NCBI GenBank assembly: GCA_965222075.1
Contig: OZ244937.1
Span: 1,408,001-1,472,000 of the forward strand
Length of the DNA stretch: 64,000 nt
Direction: 5' to 3'
From: Candidatus Latescibacterota bacterium
GTDB lineage: Bacteria; Latescibacterota; UBA2968; GCA-2709665
Position numbers and translations under genes: made by a program. The notes below the pieces were generated by a model. It was given only the letters and a program-made list of their open reading frames with translations, was not told the origin of the DNA and made no database searches. Below are positions 40,301 to 50,118 of this stretch, in pieces. Numbering within the stretch: position 1 is the stretch's first letter; each line of letters starts with the position of its first letter.

Positions 40301-40539
40301 CAATGAACTCCGATAATGCTAAAATTAAAGAATTATTCGGTACCATCGACCCGTTCGTCACGTGGGATGTGAGCTTTCTTTGGAACTTGTCCAAGGGGGT
40401 CAACATCGCGGCCTCCGGGATGAACCTGCTCGACACTATGCCGCCTCTGGTCAACATCGAGCAAGCGTACGACGGCTTCACGCACGATCCCAAAGGCCGG
40501 CGGTTCAAGCTGGCGGTTCGATATCAACTCGGGCGTTGA
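37363..40539 (+). CDS. TonB-dependent receptor with N-terminal carboxypeptidase-regulatory-like domain
   Basis: Signal peptide; DELVVTG TonB box; plug NLRGLG...RTLVLIN, EVLKEGASAIYGSDAVAGVANF. Confidence 0.93.
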   Translation: MKFRSRYIPIVVCAALLFSADAVRAQSAGTVTGTVVDAENGDKLEVVQVYILALNLGVVSDAQGRFTIHNVPPGAHKLRADLIGYASVEIAVTVAAGQTVSIALQMHPTALYLDELVVTGTAFKESPINLPYAVAVVGRKKMEEQGSPQAVDFFKNLGASHGVIGERSSWYNAGQAATLTESIANVNLRGLGASRTLVLINSRRQTYVPARLIGGRFVDVNVIPAIAIDRVEVLKEGASAIYGSDAVAGVANFLTRADFTGFEVSAAHDHFAGAGDTNAGAIWGGKLGKAHAVISAEWRGRQKLPASERDYLLQPWYGSGQRLGWSSLGNPGTFAIGAPAPWTAAIHAPHCEEFGGYRESWTCRFRYQQYENLIEDMSHTRAFAEINGSLDNGTDYHVEGLWAEARIDDWYTTPSYPPFPLTDTSIQEVAPNHPGRQAFCDDYGAGPGDPYYEACQGSENWYFNGRPFGNSGPGRTLDRDSRTWRVAASANGDFKAFGGQDAHFDLGMSYSRTEGNYNLPGVYIERIFLGFRGFGGPNCGVGVEADPTSLAGMRLGALNGQVAGQGNCQYYNPFGNAIEFTDQHGSKYATQANPTYRANLANSPQLRQWLNQEVDLQSTADMLVADATLTGTWIEDVASYAAGYQFRLFNASGDPNDAGDVTINPCPVVGDKNCSEEDKFGPYAFTNVNRPYDESQTVHRFFAEIPLSLGERVDAQLAANYEFHDVASSFDPKFGWRAQLSQSPTHSLFMRGSVQTTFRTPALDDVNESPLSTLEWINETGAYQTVDRIGSKDLKPEQAFTYNAGLVLVTETGFDATFDYWSYDFSDVIGSMPHGEITKLYADGANKEALKQFIVCPDGVGTGTCAASELERVRVDIVNWPGVKTSGIDLHLGTRAQAGSGQFEASLDGTYTLAYKTKALTLGSLVLQKAADAAGYLNFGNPIATSLPKFKGRVSAGYHWKTHSLVSFLNYISSYEDRGSMNSDNAKIKELFGTIDPFVTWDVSFLWNLSKGVNIAASGMNLLDTMPPLVNIEQAYDGFTHDPKGRRFKLAVRYQLGR

Positions 40540-40540
40540 C

Positions 40541-40576
40541 AGAAAAAGGCACGGCCCCGTGGCCGTGCCTTTTTCT
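40541..40576. terminator. Bidirectional intrinsic terminator
   Basis: agaaaaaggcacggcc-ccgt-ggccgtgcctttttct between convergent genes. Confidence 0.9.
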
Positions 40577-40599
40577 TTTGATCCTGTTCTACAGACCGT

Positions 40600-41175
40600 T
40601 TATTGGCCTGCGCCCAGCGTCAATCCCACGCTGAATCGGAAAGAACTGTCTATCTGATCGTCTGCAATAACAAGCTTCAGTTCGCCAAACCACAACAGCC
40701 CCCTGCTCACCTTTCGCTGAAATCCGAGCGGGATATTAAGGCTGATCTTGGTATCGTTTTTTAAGTCCGGATTGGCTTGAAGAAACGCAGGATCAAGCCG
40801 GTTGAGGTGAACGCCAATGCCCGCCCCGGCGTATCCGATCATTTTCCCGTTCTGAATAAACAGGTATCGGGCATCCCCGTTCAGCGAGAACGTCCTGTGA
40901 TTGTCCTGTAGAACCACATCCATCCCGGGCACCAGGTGGAGCTTGGGAATAACGACTGGCCCCAGGTCCAGATGCCCCCCCAGAACCAGGCTGGCGGTAT
41001 CGAATGAGGTCCCTCCAAAAACATTTTCCTGCTGCGTAAGGTCCACACCGACCTTCAGGCCAAGCCCCTTCAAACCGATCGCCTCCACGCTGCCTGCAAA
41101 GACCAGCAGGGCCAAAAAAACCCCTCCCATGCATCCCTTACGAAACATAAGCCATCCCATATCTGTTCCCTCCAC
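40600..41175 (-). CDS. Small outer-membrane beta-barrel protein
   Basis: Signal peptide, alternating beta strands, YAGAGIG; start may be 41160. Confidence 0.7.
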   Translation of the reverse strand: MEGTDMGWLMFRKGCMGGVFLALLVFAGSVEAIGLKGLGLKVGVDLTQQENVFGGTSFDTASLVLGGHLDLGPVVIPKLHLVPGMDVVLQDNHRTFSLNGDARYLFIQNGKMIGYAGAGIGVHLNRLDPAFLQANPDLKNDTKISLNIPLGFQRKVSRGLLWFGELKLVIADDQIDSSFRFSVGLTLGAGQ

Positions 41176-41290
41176 TTTTTCAGGCGTCCGGCCGTCGACC
41201 TGAGCTGCTTAAAAAAATACGTACGGATGGTAAAATATACGGAAATCATCCCTTCAGGTCAAACCCTTGAAATACATCCGATGTATATTC

Positions 41291-42373
41291 TCAGACGTGA
41301 AACAAAAACTGAACCACATCCCCATCCCGCACCGGATAATCCTTACCTTCGGTCCGTATCTTTCCGGCCTCCCGGAGCCTGTCCATGCCACCGGCAGCGG
41401 CCAGGTCGCCATAAGAGACCACCTCTGCCCGGATGAACCCCTGCTCCATATCGGAATGAATTTCACCAGCCGCCTCCGGGGCAGGCGTTCCCTCTACGAG
41501 CTGCCATGCCCTGAGCTTTTCGTTGGCCACGGTATAAAAAGTAATCAGGTTCAGCAGCCGGTAGCCCGCCAGAATTAACCGGTCAACACCCGTCTCTTCC
41601 AACCCCAGATCGGACAGGAAGGCCTCCCGGTCTTCGGGAGGCAGCTGGGCGATCTCCGACTCGATCTGGGCCGAAATCACCAGCACCCGGTCCGGGCCGC
41701 AGCGCTCCTTCAGCCGCTCCGTATATGCCCCACCCTCAGGCACATTCTCTTCTCCCACATTCGCCAGATAAAGCACCGGCTTCCCGGTGAGGAAGTGGTA
41801 GCCCTTAACGACCCTCTGCTCGTCTTCGGAGAGGTCCAGGGCGTGCACCGGCACCTCCTGTTGCAGCTCCGATACAACCCTGACCACAATATCCTGCTCT
41901 CGTTTTTCAGGAGCGCGGGGACCGGCCTTCCTCAGCCGCTGCAGCGCCCCTTCGGCGGACTCCAAATCGGCTAAAATCAACTCCGTTCCAACGGTCTCCA
42001 CATCCCGCACCGGATCTACCCCACCCCCCACGTTGGCCACCCGGTCGTCTTCAAAACAGCGGACCACGTGCACCAGCGCATCCGCCTCCCGAATATGGCC
42101 CAAAAACCGGTTGCCCAGCCCCTCTCCCCGGCTGGCCCCCCGAACCAGTCCGGCGATGTCCACGAACCGAATGTGGGTAGGCGTACAGGTCTGGGGCTTT
42201 ATGATCTTGTTCAGACGAACCAGGCGTTCGTCCGGAACCTCCACCATCCCTACGTTGGGTTCCACGGTACAGAAAGGATAGTTGGATGCCTCGGCCTGCG
42301 CCTGGGTCAGGACGTTGAACAGCGTCGATTTGCCCACATTGGGCAGGCCGATAATTCCGATGAACAGGGACAT
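41291..42373 (-). CDS. ychF: Ribosome-binding ATPase YchF
   Basis: GLPNVGKST, YPFCT, DIAGLV, GEGLGN, IHSD, EGKDY..DGD. Confidence 0.95.
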   Translation of the reverse strand: MSLFIGIIGLPNVGKSTLFNVLTQAQAEASNYPFCTVEPNVGMVEVPDERLVRLNKIIKPQTCTPTHIRFVDIAGLVRGASRGEGLGNRFLGHIREADALVHVVRCFEDDRVANVGGGVDPVRDVETVGTELILADLESAEGALQRLRKAGPRAPEKREQDIVVRVVSELQQEVPVHALDLSEDEQRVVKGYHFLTGKPVLYLANVGEENVPEGGAYTERLKERCGPDRVLVISAQIESEIAQLPPEDREAFLSDLGLEETGVDRLILAGYRLLNLITFYTVANEKLRAWQLVEGTPAPEAAGEIHSDMEQGFIRAEVVSYGDLAAAGGMDRLREAGKIRTEGKDYPVRDGDVVQFLFHV

Positions 42374-42397
42374 CTCACCTCGTATGGTGCGCCTTTG

Positions 42398-42437
42398 AAA
42401 AACGGCCAGCGATTGAGCGTTCAATTGCTGGCCGTTC
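42398..42437 (-). terminator. Intrinsic terminator after the Mo-enzyme operon
   Basis: aacggccagcgattga-gcgt-tcaattgctggccgtt hairpin with a U-tract on the minus strand. Confidence 0.75.
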
Positions 42438-42457
42438 AAACCTTCGGCGTTTGCCTG

Positions 42458-42724
42458 TTATCGCCCGCCGCTGATGGCGGTTACAAAGTGGATCTCGCTT
42501 TCCGGGTCTACCTTCTGCCTCATCCCCTCGTTGGTCACCACCCCGTCCACCGAAACGGCAAGACCGGGCCGAATCCGGTCCTCCTCGCACACCCGGTCTT
42601 TGACGCCAGGGTAGGCGGCCTCTAAGTTATTGATCACCTCCCGGATCGTCTCCCCTTCAACCCGAACCTGCTCCTTCCCGCCTGTCAGGCCCTGCATCAG
42701 CGATGGAATCCAGACCACGGGCAT
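42458..42724 (-). CDS. MoaD/ThiS ubiquitin-like sulfur carrier
   Basis: 88 aa beta-grasp pattern ending ISGGR. Confidence 0.85.
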   Translation of the reverse strand: MPVVWIPSLMQGLTGGKEQVRVEGETIREVINNLEAAYPGVKDRVCEEDRIRPGLAVSVDGVVTNEGMRQKVDPESEIHFVTAISGGR

Positions 42725-42728
42725 CGGG

Positions 42729-45056
42729 TTACGCCTTTCCATTTCCGTCTTTGGACCACAGGGTCTCCATGATCCGGCCCGGCGACATCGGCAGTTCGTA
42801 CATCCGCACGCCGACCGCCCGGTAAACCGCATTGGCAACAGCCGCCGGGGGCGGCACAATGGGCACCTCGCCCACGCCGCGCACCCCATAGGGATGCCCG
42901 GGGTTGGGCACCTCTACAATCACCGTCTCGATCATCGGCAGGTCTAAGCAGGTCGGCATCCGGTAGTCCAGGAAGCTGGCGTTGGTCAGCACCCCGTCTT
43001 TGTTGTAAATATACTCCTCGCTCAGCGCCCACCCAACGCCCTGCGCCACGCCACCCTGCATCTGCCCTTCCACGTAGCTGGGGTGGATCGCCTTCCCCGC
43101 GTCCTGGACGATGGTGCAGCGCAGGGTATCCACCTTCCCGGTCTCCGGGTCCACCTCCACGTCCACAATCATCAACGCAAAAGCCCCGCCCGGTCCCCTG
43201 GGCGTCACCGTCGCGCGGCCCACCAGCGCAGGTCCACCCGTCTGGCCGAGCTTCCCGGCCACTTCTTTGAATGTCATCGATTTCGACGCACCTGCCTGTG
43301 CGGAGCACGCAGACAGGTCCGACCTTGACCGGACCGCGCCATCTTCGTAGACCACGTCGTCTTCCGAGATTTCCCAGAACCGGGCCGCCCGCTCGACCAT
43401 CTGCCGTTTGATATCCTGCGCCGCCTCGTAGGCCGCAAAGCCGGTGGCAAAGGTGGTGCGGCTGCCTCCGGTTCCGTCCGTATGGCCGATGGCATCGGTA
43501 TCGACCACCATCGGCGTTACCTCCTCTGCCGGAATACCCAGCGCCTCTGCAAGGTGCATCGCAATAGACGTCCGGGTGCCCCCAATGTCCGGCGAGCCTT
43601 CCACCAGGGTAACCGACCCGTCGGGATTTACGTTCGCAATCGCGACCGACGTCCCCCCGCCGTTGAACCAGAACCCCAATGCGACACCCCGCCCCCGGTT
43701 CGGCCCCTCTAACGGGGCGGTGGTGTGGGGGTGGTCCATCGCAGCCCGGATCACCTCCTCACAGCCGATGCGGGGATAGATCGGGCCGTCCGCCCGCCGG
43801 GTGCCCTCTTTGGACGCATTCGCCAGCCGGAATTCAAGCGGGTCCATGTCCAGTTCTTCGCAGATCTCGTCGATCACCGTCTCGGACGCAAACGCCGCAT
43901 TCGTAGCCCCGGGCGCCCGGTAGGCCGACGTCTGGGGTTTGTTGACCACCACGTCGTACCCATCGATCTGCGTATTCTCGATATTGTAGGGCGCAAAAAT
44001 ACAGCCTGCGCCTGCCCCGACCGGAGACCCCGGATAGGCGCCCGCCTCGTAGGCCATATACGCCTCTGCGGCCACCAGCTTTCCCTCCCTCGTCGCCCCC
44101 ATCTTCACCCGGATGTACGACGCGGGCGTTGGACCGGTGCCCTTGAGGACCTCCGTCCGGCTCATCACAAACTTGACCGGATGGCCAGTTTTTTTGGAAA
44201 GCAGCGCCGCCACAGGCTCGTGGTAAACCCGAAACTTCCCGCCGAATCCCCCGCCGATCTCGGCTGGAACCACCCGAACCCTGGCAATGGGGATGCCCAG
44301 CACATCCGCCACCTGGCTGCGCACGTCGAAAGGCCCCTGTGTGCTGCACCAGACGGTCACCCGACCGTCCGTATTCCAGAGCGCCGTGGCGTTGTGGGGT
44401 TCGATATATCCCTGGTGCACCGTCCCGGTTGTAAACTCCCGCTCGACCACCACATCCGCCTCTTCGAACCCTTTCTCAACATCTCCGAACTTGTGCTGGA
44501 AGTGGTTGGCGATATTGCTCTTCTTATCGGTCTTTTCCCCCAGCGATCTCATCATCAGGTCGTCGTGCAAAAGGGGCACATCCTCTTTCATCGCCTTCTG
44601 AACATCCAGCACCGGGGGCAGGACCTCGTAGTCGACCTCGATCAGTTCCGCCGCCTCTTCCGCGATATGGACAGAGGTCGCAGCCACAGCCGCGACCGCA
44701 TGCCCCTCATAGAGCACCTTGTCATAGGCCAGCACGTTCTTCATCAGGTTGCTCAGCGTAACGACCCCCTCGCCCACCGCTCTGACCTTGTCTTCCACAA
44801 CCCTGGCCAGGTCCTTACCCGTCACCACCGCCTTCACACCGGGGTGCGCCTCTGCGCGGCTGGTATCGATCGATTTGATCCGCGCATGCGCATGCGGGCT
44901 TCTCAACGACTTCCCGTACAGCAGACCGGCCATCTGCACATCGGCCCCATACACCGCCCGCCCCGTCACCTTGTCCGCGCCGTCGTGCCGGATGGGCCGC
45001 GTACCGACGACTTTGTAATCCGTAATTCCCAGATATTCTTCCGTCTTTGTCGCCAT
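42729..45056 (-). CDS. Xanthine dehydrogenase family Mo-binding subunit (paralog 2)
   Basis: [38 protein letters not shown]. Confidence 0.93.
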   Translation of the reverse strand: MATKTEEYLGITDYKVVGTRPIRHDGADKVTGRAVYGADVQMAGLLYGKSLRSPHAHARIKSIDTSRAEAHPGVKAVVTGKDLARVVEDKVRAVGEGVVTLSNLMKNVLAYDKVLYEGHAVAAVAATSVHIAEEAAELIEVDYEVLPPVLDVQKAMKEDVPLLHDDLMMRSLGEKTDKKSNIANHFQHKFGDVEKGFEEADVVVEREFTTGTVHQGYIEPHNATALWNTDGRVTVWCSTQGPFDVRSQVADVLGIPIARVRVVPAEIGGGFGGKFRVYHEPVAALLSKKTGHPVKFVMSRTEVLKGTGPTPASYIRVKMGATREGKLVAAEAYMAYEAGAYPGSPVGAGAGCIFAPYNIENTQIDGYDVVVNKPQTSAYRAPGATNAAFASETVIDEICEELDMDPLEFRLANASKEGTRRADGPIYPRIGCEEVIRAAMDHPHTTAPLEGPNRGRGVALGFWFNGGGTSVAIANVNPDGSVTLVEGSPDIGGTRTSIAMHLAEALGIPAEEVTPMVVDTDAIGHTDGTGGSRTTFATGFAAYEAAQDIKRQMVERAARFWEISEDDVVYEDGAVRSRSDLSACSAQAGASKSMTFKEVAGKLGQTGGPALVGRATVTPRGPGGAFALMIVDVEVDPETGKVDTLRCTIVQDAGKAIHPSYVEGQMQGGVAQGVGWALSEEYIYNKDGVLTNASFLDYRMPTCLDLPMIETVIVEVPNPGHPYGVRGVGEVPIVPPPAAVANAVYRAVGVRMYELPMSPGRIMETLWSKDGNGKA
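43291..43317. repeat. 27-bp palindrome inserted in frame
   Basis: cctgcctgtgcggagcacgcagacagg; adds LSACSAQAG relative to both paralogs. Confidence 0.9.
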
Positions 45057-45093
45057 TTGTGGTCTATCTCCAGGGTCTTAACCCATTTTAAAA

Positions 45094-45120
45094 CCTGTCT
45101 GCGTGCATCGCACAGGCAGG
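45094..45120. repeat. 27-bp palindrome, intergenic copy
   Basis: cctgtctgcgtgcatcgcacaggcagg; 2 mismatches to the reverse complement of 43291-43317. Confidence 0.9.
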
Positions 45121-45160
45121 TCCGAATTTCCGTAGCATGCAGAGCGTCGGCAGGGCGCCC

Positions 45161-47452
45161 CTACGGTCCATCCCCACCTGTGGCCCAGAGCGCCTCCAGA
45201 ATCTGCCCCGGAGACATCGGCAGCACCTCCATCCGCACGCCGATCGCCCGGTAAATCGCATTGGCAAGCGCCGCCGGAGGAGGGACAATGGACGCCTCGC
45301 CTACGCCGCGCACCCCGTAGGGATGGCCCGGATTGGGCACCTCTACAATCACCGTTTCGATCATCGGCAGGTCCAGGCAGGTCGGCATCCGGTAATCCAG
45401 CAGGCTGGCGTTGGCCAGTTCCCCTCTTTCGGTGTAGAAATACTCCTCGTTCAGCCCCCACCCGATGCCCTGCGCCGTCCCGCCCTGCATCTGCCCTTCT
45501 ACGTAACTGGGGTGAATCGCCTTCCCCGCGTCCTGGACCATAGTCACGCGCAGAATATCAACCTTGCCGGTCTCCGGGTCCACTTCCACATCCACGATCA
45601 TCATCGTAAAGGATCCGCCCACCCCCTGTGGATCAACGGTCGCACGCCCCATCAACGGCCCGCCCGTTTGATTAAGCTTGCCTGACAACTCTTTGAACGA
45701 CAGAGATTTCGACGGATCAGATTTGGACCTGAACGTGCCGTCTTCAAATGCTACGTCATCCCCGGAGATCTCCCAGAATGTGGCGGCCCGCTCCACCATC
45801 TGCCGGATGATATCCTGCGCTGCTTCGTAAGCCGCCCAGCCGGTGGCGAAGGTCACGCGGCTACCGCCAGTGACGTCCGTCTCCCCCACCCCGTCGGTAT
45901 CCGCCACGACCGGCTTCACGTCCTCCACCGGGATGCCCAGCGGCTCGGCGAGCTGCATCGCCACCGACGTTCGCGTGCCGCCGATGTCGGTCGAACCCTC
46001 CACCAGGCTGACCGTACCGTCCGTATTCACGCTGGCGCTGGCGCTGGACTTCAGCCCCACGTTGAACCAGAAGCCGGACGCCACTCCCCGGCCCCGGTTC
46101 GGCCCCTCTATGGACGACCTGTAATGGTCGGATGCCATCGCCGCCTTCACCACCTCCTCGTGCCCGACCCGGGGGAAGGTCGGCCCATCCGCCCGGCGCG
46201 TGCCCTCCTTCGCCGAGTTCATCAGCCGAAACGCCAGAGGTTCCATCTCCAGCTGCTCGCAGATCTCGTCCACCACCGTCTCCGACCCAAACGCCGCATT
46301 GGTCGCGCCCGGCGCCCGGTAGGCCATCGTCTGCGGTTTGTTGACCACCACATTGTAGCCTTCGATCAGTATGTTCTCAATATCGTAGGGCGAAAAAATA
46401 CACATCGCCCCCGGCTCCGCCCAGCCGCCCGGGAACCCGCCCGACTCGTAGGCCAGATAGGCCTGTGCGGCCACCAGCCTGCCATCCTTTTTCGCTCCCA
46501 TCTTCACCCGGATATACGACCCCGGGGTCGGTCCGGTCGCCTTCAACACTTCGTCCCGGCTCATCACCATCTTCACCGGCCGGCCGGTCTTCCCTGACAG
46601 CAGCGCCGCAACAGGCTCCAAATAGACCCGGATCTTCCCGCCGAACCCCCCGCCGATCTCTGTGGGAATCACCCGCACGTTCACCACCGAAGTCTGGAGC
46701 AGCGCCGCCACCTGCTCACGGACCGTAAACGCCCCCTGGGTGCTGCACCAGACCGTCAGCCGCCCGTCCGGGTTCCACAGCGCCGTGGCGTTCTGCGGCT
46801 CGATATACCCCTGGTGCACAGTACCGGTTTGAAACTCCCGTTCGACCACCACGTCCGCCTCTTCAAATGCTTTCTCAACATCTCCGAATTTGTGCTGAAA
46901 GTGGGTGGCGATATTGCTCACCTTGCCGGTATCTTCGCCCAGGGACTGGGTGATCAAATCTTCAATCAGAAGCGGCGCATCCTCCGCCATCGCCTCCCGC
47001 ACGTCCAGCAGTGGCGGCAGCACCTCGTAGTCCACCTCGATCAGTTCCAGGGCCTCTTCGGCGGTGTGCGGGTCGGTGGCCGCCACCGCCGCCACCGCGT
47101 GCCCTTCGTAGAGCACCTTGCCGTCGGCCAGCACGTTGGCGCGCAGGTACAGGATATTGGTGGGACCCTCGCCCAACTCCACAATCGCCGACTCCGGAAC
47201 GGGGATATCCGCGACCGTCACCACGGCCCTCACCCCCGGGTGCGCCTCGGCCTTGCTGGTATCGATCGACTTGATCCGGGCGTGTGCATGGGGGCTGCGC
47301 AACACCTTCCCATGCAGCAGGCCGGCCATCTGCACATCGGCACCGTAGATCGCCCGCCCCGTTACCTTGTCCACCCCGTCGTGCCGGATCGGCCGGGTGC
47401 CGATCACCTTATAGTCTTCAATCCCCAGATAGTCTTCAGTCTTGGCCGCCAT
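45161..47452 (-). CDS. Xanthine dehydrogenase family Mo-binding subunit (paralog 1)
   Basis: Same motif set as paralog 2. Confidence 0.93.
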   Translation of the reverse strand: MAAKTEDYLGIEDYKVIGTRPIRHDGVDKVTGRAIYGADVQMAGLLHGKVLRSPHAHARIKSIDTSKAEAHPGVRAVVTVADIPVPESAIVELGEGPTNILYLRANVLADGKVLYEGHAVAAVAATDPHTAEEALELIEVDYEVLPPLLDVREAMAEDAPLLIEDLITQSLGEDTGKVSNIATHFQHKFGDVEKAFEEADVVVEREFQTGTVHQGYIEPQNATALWNPDGRLTVWCSTQGAFTVREQVAALLQTSVVNVRVIPTEIGGGFGGKIRVYLEPVAALLSGKTGRPVKMVMSRDEVLKATGPTPGSYIRVKMGAKKDGRLVAAQAYLAYESGGFPGGWAEPGAMCIFSPYDIENILIEGYNVVVNKPQTMAYRAPGATNAAFGSETVVDEICEQLEMEPLAFRLMNSAKEGTRRADGPTFPRVGHEEVVKAAMASDHYRSSIEGPNRGRGVASGFWFNVGLKSSASASVNTDGTVSLVEGSTDIGGTRTSVAMQLAEPLGIPVEDVKPVVADTDGVGETDVTGGSRVTFATGWAAYEAAQDIIRQMVERAATFWEISGDDVAFEDGTFRSKSDPSKSLSFKELSGKLNQTGGPLMGRATVDPQGVGGSFTMMIVDVEVDPETGKVDILRVTMVQDAGKAIHPSYVEGQMQGGTAQGIGWGLNEEYFYTERGELANASLLDYRMPTCLDLPMIETVIVEVPNPGHPYGVRGVGEASIVPPPAALANAIYRAIGVRMEVLPMSPGQILEALWATGGDGP

Positions 47453-47457
47453 CGGTT

Positions 47458-47934
47458 CTATCCCTCCATCGTCTGGGCCGCATCCTGTACGGCCTGGACA
47501 ATTTTATCGTACCCGGTGCAACGACACAGATTGCCTGCCAGCCAGAGGCGGATCCGGTGTTCGGACGGATTCGGCTCCCGCTCCAGCAGCGCCTTTGCCG
47601 CCACGATAAACCCCGGCGTACAGATGCCACACTGAAGCGCCGCGTGTTCCAGGAACTTCTGCTGCAGCGGGTGCAGCCCCTCGGGGCTGGCGACCCCCTC
47701 GATCGTTGTGATCTCGCTCCCCTGCGCCTCCACCCCCAGCACCAGGCAGGAATCGACCACACGCCCGTCCAGGATTACGCTGCAGGCCCCGCAGTTACCG
47801 TTGCTGCACCCCTCTTTTGTGCCGGTCAGCCCGAGGGTATCCCTCAAGACCTCTAAGAGCGTCTCCCGGGGTTCACACAGGAGATCGACATCCTCACCGT
47901 TAATTTTGGTCTCTACGTGTACTTTGCCAGGCAT
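47458..47934 (-). CDS. 2Fe-2S subunit (CoxS/XdhC-like)
   Basis: [30 protein letters not shown]. Confidence 0.95.
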   Translation of the reverse strand: MPGKVHVETKINGEDVDLLCEPRETLLEVLRDTLGLTGTKEGCSNGNCGACSVILDGRVVDSCLVLGVEAQGSEITTIEGVASPEGLHPLQQKFLEHAALQCGICTPGFIVAAKALLEREPNPSEHRIRLWLAGNLCRCTGYDKIVQAVQDAAQTMEG

Positions 47935-47957
47935 TGATCCAGACTCCTTTGCTCGTT

Positions 47958-48833
47958 TTAAGACGCCTGTGCACGTTCAATAGCGCCCCTGATCGCTCGC
48001 CTGGTCAGCACGCCGGTCAGGTGCTTCCGCTGTTCCACGGTGCCGCGCATATCGCTAATAGGCCGGGCGGCCTCCCTCGCGATCTCCGCCGCCCTCTCAA
48101 CCGCCTCATCGGAAATTCCGTTCCCGGCCAGGGCCTCTGCGGCCTCCGACAGAAATAGGGGGATTGGCGCCACCGCGCCCACGGCAATCCGCGCAGACGC
48201 AACCCTGTTCTTGTCCTCATTCAGGACCACCGACGCGGCTGCGTTTACCACCGCGATATCCATCTCGTTCCTCGGAATGAACCGGAGGAAGAACGCCCCG
48301 GAATTGGGCTGCGGCGGTGGGATATGCAGCGAAACCAGAAACTCTCCGCTCTCCAAGACCGTCTGTCCGGGGCCCGTGCAGAAATCCTCAACCGCCACCT
48401 CCCGCCTGCCGTTGGGACCTGCAATCTGCGCCACTGCTCCAAGGACGATAATCGACGGAACCGTATCCGCCGCCGGAGAGGCATTGCACAGGTTGCCGCC
48501 CACCGTTGCGCGGCTCTGGATCTGAATCGACCCGATCAGCGACGTTGAATCCACCAGCGCCGGATAGGCCGCCGCGATGGCTTCATCCTCGTAAATCCGG
48601 CAGCAGGGCACCCCGGCGCCCAGTTGAAGCCCGTTCTCGGAATCGTAAGACAACGCGTTGGCCTCGGGGATCTTTTTGACGTCCACAAGAATATTCACCC
48701 GGAGCCGCCCCTCCTGGAGCTGTGCGATAATGTCGGACCCTCCGGCCAGCAAGCGGGCCTGATCGCCGTGTTCTGAAAGCAGCGAAACCACCTCATCGAC
48801 CGATTGGGGAGCCGCATAGTCAAATGCGTGCAA
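47958..48833 (-). CDS. FAD-binding subunit (CoxM/CutM-like)
   Basis: LAGGSD, ATVGGNLCNASPAAD, PISDMRG; TTG start after GGAGG. Confidence 0.92.
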   Translation of the reverse strand: MHAFDYAAPQSVDEVVSLLSEHGDQARLLAGGSDIIAQLQEGRLRVNILVDVKKIPEANALSYDSENGLQLGAGVPCCRIYEDEAIAAAYPALVDSTSLIGSIQIQSRATVGGNLCNASPAADTVPSIIVLGAVAQIAGPNGRREVAVEDFCTGPGQTVLESGEFLVSLHIPPPQPNSGAFFLRFIPRNEMDIAVVNAAASVVLNEDKNRVASARIAVGAVAPIPLFLSEAAEALAGNGISDEAVERAAEIAREAARPISDMRGTVEQRKHLTGVLTRRAIRGAIERAQAS

Positions 48834-48897
48834 GGCAATTCCTCCTATCGTTTTGGGAGATAAATGCGTCAAAAACCTGCTTTGGCCTTCGAGCACA

Positions 48898-48926
48898 AGA
48901 ATACGATTTCTCAACAACGCTGTCAA
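48898..48926 (-). promoter_or_regulatory. Sigma70-type promoter of the Mo-enzyme operon
   Basis: TTGACA-N17-TATTCT on the minus strand. Confidence 0.7.
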
Positions 48927-49021
48927 GCGTTTTTCAAATAGCTGTCCCTTGATTGTCTTTTACCTTAATTCCTTAAGCCCGAGTTTGGCAATCCATGCCG
49001 AGCCGGGGGCTCACAGGATCG

Positions 49022-50077
49022 TCATTTTGCTCCCCTGGCGCAGAGGACTGTATATCCCTCCCGCTGCCCTGCGTCTTTCACCTCTTCAAAGGCCTGCGCC
49101 ATCCGGCGGCGGTAGAGATTTGGCCGCATCACCACCACCATAAACCGTCCGCCGGGCCTGAGGTGCGCTGCGGCCCCCTCCACAAACGGACCGGCCGTTG
49201 CAATCCCTTCGTGCGTTGGCGGGTTGGACAGGATCAGATCGAACGCCTCTCCTGAAATCGCCTCGAACGTATCGCTCACCTCGGCCCTGGCGTTTGTAAC
49301 CCCATTCTTATCCAGATTTACCCGGGCGCACCGGACCGCCCGCAGGTCCGCATCCACCAGCACCGCCTCCCCCTGCCGGGCCAGCCGGGCTGCCGCAATC
49401 CCGATCGCCCCGTACCCGCACCCCAGGTCGAGCACCCGGTCTCCGGGCCGGACCGCCATCGTCTCGATCAAAAATCGGGTCCCGGGGTCCAGCCCGTCTC
49501 TGGAGAAGACCCCCGCCCGCACTTCAAAGCGATACGGACCGCAAGGCAGGTCCGGCACCTCAAAAGCATACAGGGTATTGACCGGTTCGACGCCCGGCGC
49601 CTCTCCCTTTTTGCAAGCCCGGTAGACCCGAACCCCTCCTTTTTTGGCGACCGCCTCCACATTCCCGAAAACCGCCTCAAGCCGTTTTCGGTAGCTCTCC
49701 ACCCCCCGGTCTTTGCGCCCGGACAGGCAGAACCTCCCTCCCATACGCAGCCTCGAAAAGGCCTCGTCGATCAGTTCAAACACCCGCTTCTTGGCCGCCC
49801 ACCGCACGGGTTGGTAGAGCACAACGTCAAAGGAGCCGCCGGATACCTCCTCCAGCGACTCCATCAGAACCGTCCGAAAATTGACCAATCCATCAGATTG
49901 TATCTTATGCTTGCAAAATCGAATATGCCGTATATCCGAACTCACAAAACAGATCTCTTCGGCCACCTCCGCCACCCCAAAACCAGCGGGCTTGCCCTCA
50001 CACCCCAGGTCCAGCACCCTCTCGCCGGGGCGAACTGCGGCACGCTTTATGAGCAGCATCTTTCTACCCCAGGGCAC
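49022..50077 (-). CDS. RsmC/RlmG-like class I SAM methyltransferase (duplicated domain)
   Basis: GVFSRDGLDPGT, VLDLGCGYG, SNPP. Confidence 0.85.
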   Translation of the reverse strand: MPWGRKMLLIKRAAVRPGERVLDLGCEGKPAGFGVAEVAEEICFVSSDIRHIRFCKHKIQSDGLVNFRTVLMESLEEVSGGSFDVVLYQPVRWAAKKRVFELIDEAFSRLRMGGRFCLSGRKDRGVESYRKRLEAVFGNVEAVAKKGGVRVYRACKKGEAPGVEPVNTLYAFEVPDLPCGPYRFEVRAGVFSRDGLDPGTRFLIETMAVRPGDRVLDLGCGYGAIGIAAARLARQGEAVLVDADLRAVRCARVNLDKNGVTNARAEVSDTFEAISGEAFDLILSNPPTHEGIATAGPFVEGAAAHLRPGGRFMVVVMRPNLYRRRMAQAFEEVKDAGQREGYTVLCARGAK

Positions 50078-50118
50078 GGCACCTGAAGACCATATTCAAA
50101 TTTCCCAAAATGACAACG

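Noticed and set aside
42729-48833. Aerobic CO dehydrogenase (coxMSL)
   Set aside because: Active-site loop is AYRAPG rather than a CoxL signature; no coxDEFG
48834-48926. N-terminal extension of the FAD subunit in the ORF track
   Set aside because: The upstream TTG is the -35 box; the RBS supports a start at 48833
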